Translations under genes and position numbers: made by a program
Part shown: one piece after another, positions 62,797 through 64,000 of the stretch
How positions within the stretch are numbered: the stretch's first letter is position 1
How the letters are laid out: each line of letters begins with the position of its first letter
Notes under the pieces: generated by a model
Databases searched by the model: none
Seen by the model: the letters and a program-made list of their open reading frames with translations, nothing else
What the model was told of the DNA's origin: nothing
Assembly: GCA_965213675.1 (NCBI GenBank)
Contig: OZ243916.1
Location: 3,744,001-3,808,000, forward strand
Length of the DNA: 64,000 nucleotides
DNA from: an uncultured Candidatus Binatia bacterium
GTDB taxonomy: Bacteria > Desulfobacterota > Binatia > UBA9968 > JAJDTQ01
Reading direction: 5' to 3'

Positions 62797-64000
62797 TCAG
62801 GAGCCTGTCGCCGAACGCGTCTGTTTTGGCTCACTTGTGACGGCCATGCCGGCACGCGTTCCGGCCGCCCCCGCGTCCGCCTGCTCCGCCGCACGGGCAT
62901 CCCGGTCCAGGTAGGTGCCACCGGTCAGGACTTGCGCCAGCATGCGCTCCAGGCGCACGGAAGCGCCAGCCTCGGTTGGTCCGGGCACGACGTGGAGTTC
63001 CCTTGGAGCCGACCCCACGGTGAGTTCATCATAGCCCCAGCGGGCGAGCATGCTGGCGCAGGTGTCGGATTCCTGCACGTCGAGGACCGCGGCGACGCCC
63101 GCGGTGTCCGTCTCCACCGTGACCTCGGTCGGCCGCCCGAAGAGATTGTGGTCGCTGCTGAGGGCTTCCTGGTAGGCGCCAACGAAAAGCACCGCCAGGG
63201 CGTAGGATTCGTCCCATGGCAACGAGTGCAGCTCGAAGGTCGAGCGCGGTTCCTGGGGGTGTGAGAATTTGTTGATGACGCCGTCCGAGTCGCAGGTCAG
63301 GTCCGCCAGGACGGCCTTGAGAGCAGGCCTTTCCTTGAGCCGGCTGGTGGGCATGATGGGGAACAGCATGTCCAGGATCCAGCTATCCGGCAATGACTTG
63401 AAGATCGAGAAGTTGAACGCGTGCAACCGCGCGGCGATGCGTTCGAGCGCCGCCTTGTCCTCTCCGTCGAAGCGTCCGTGGCGGGCGTAGCGGCTCGCCA
63501 GCTCGACGATGCGGGCAAAGGCGGACTCCGCCTGAGCGCGCTGCTTGAGCGAGAGGAAACCCAGCGAGAAGGCGGACAGCATCTCGTCCTTCTTCTGGTA
63601 GGCGTCGTGCAGGTACTCGCGCCAGTTCTTGCTGTTGATTTCCACCACCATGTCGTTGAGCTCGTTGACGGCGTCCACGTTGGACGCGCGCGCCCGGGCG
63701 CGTCCGGGCTTCGGGCTCGTCTTGGGCTGTTCGAGGGGATCCACCAGCAGCGCCGCATGGTGCGTCACCAGGAACCGGCCAGCCTCGGTGACGATCCGCG
63801 GTTCCGCGATGCGCGCCCGTTCCAGCACTTCCTTGGTGGTGTAGATGATATCGTTGGCGTACTCCTGAACGTTGTAGTTGACGCTGGAATCCGCCGAGCT
63901 GTTGCTGCCGTCATAGTCCACTCCGAGACCGCCGCCCACGTCCAGCGTGTCCAGGGGGACCCCCAATTCCTTCAACTCCACGTAAAACCGCAGCGCTTCC
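62797..64000 (-). CDS. speA: Biosynthetic arginine decarboxylase, 5'-truncated by window edge
   Basis: DVGGGLGVDYDGS, NFS-x-F-x-SLPD-x-W, DLTCDSDG, GAYQE...HNLFG. Confidence 0.9.
   Translation of the reverse strand, partial: EALRFYVELKELGVPLDTLDVGGGLGVDYDGSNSSADSSVNYNVQEYANDIIYTTKEVLERARIAEPRIVTEAGRFLVTHHAALLVDPLEQPKTSPKPGRARARASNVDAVNELNDMVVEINSKNWREYLHDAYQKKDEMLSAFSLGFLSLKQRAQAESAFARIVELASRYARHGRFDGEDKAALERIAARLHAFNFSIFKSLPDSWILDMLFPIMPTSRLKERPALKAVLADLTCDSDGVINKFSHPQEPRSTFELHSLPWDESYALAVLFVGAYQEALSSDHNLFGRPTEVTVETDTAGVAAVLDVQESDTCASMLARWGYDELTVGSAPRELHVVPGPTEAGASVRLERMLAQVLTGGTYLDRDARAAEQADAGAAGTRAGMAVTSEPKQTRSATGS

Overview
High-GC bacterial chromosomal window. The gene content (many amidohydrolases, hydantoinases, LLM, TctC/Liv binding proteins, plus Calx-beta, Kelch and DUF1640-like proteins) resembles Binatia/'Deltaproteobacteria' sponge-associated genomes; that taxonomic call is inference only. 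A housekeeping core (hflKC, secA-argJ, gatCA/gatB, rnhB-yraN-serS, speA) is interspersed with catabolic and transport genes and several gene relics. I recognised no rRNA, tRNA, CRISPR array or intact transposase. The main unexplained structures are: (i) a family of ~165-200 bp CTAG-anchored MITE-like elements with two interchangeable terminal caps, which sit on stop codons and twice bracket genes as inverted pairs; (ii) a SecA with a ~276-aa helical segment at the VAR position; (iii) a GT2 / helical protein / non-canonical SplB-like radical SAM cluster; (iv) a DCC1-like gene missed by the ORF track that appears to start at ACG, an in-frame TGA in a membrane-protein gene, and promoters placed for leaderless mRNAs. 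All calls come from reading motifs by eye; no database searches were run.
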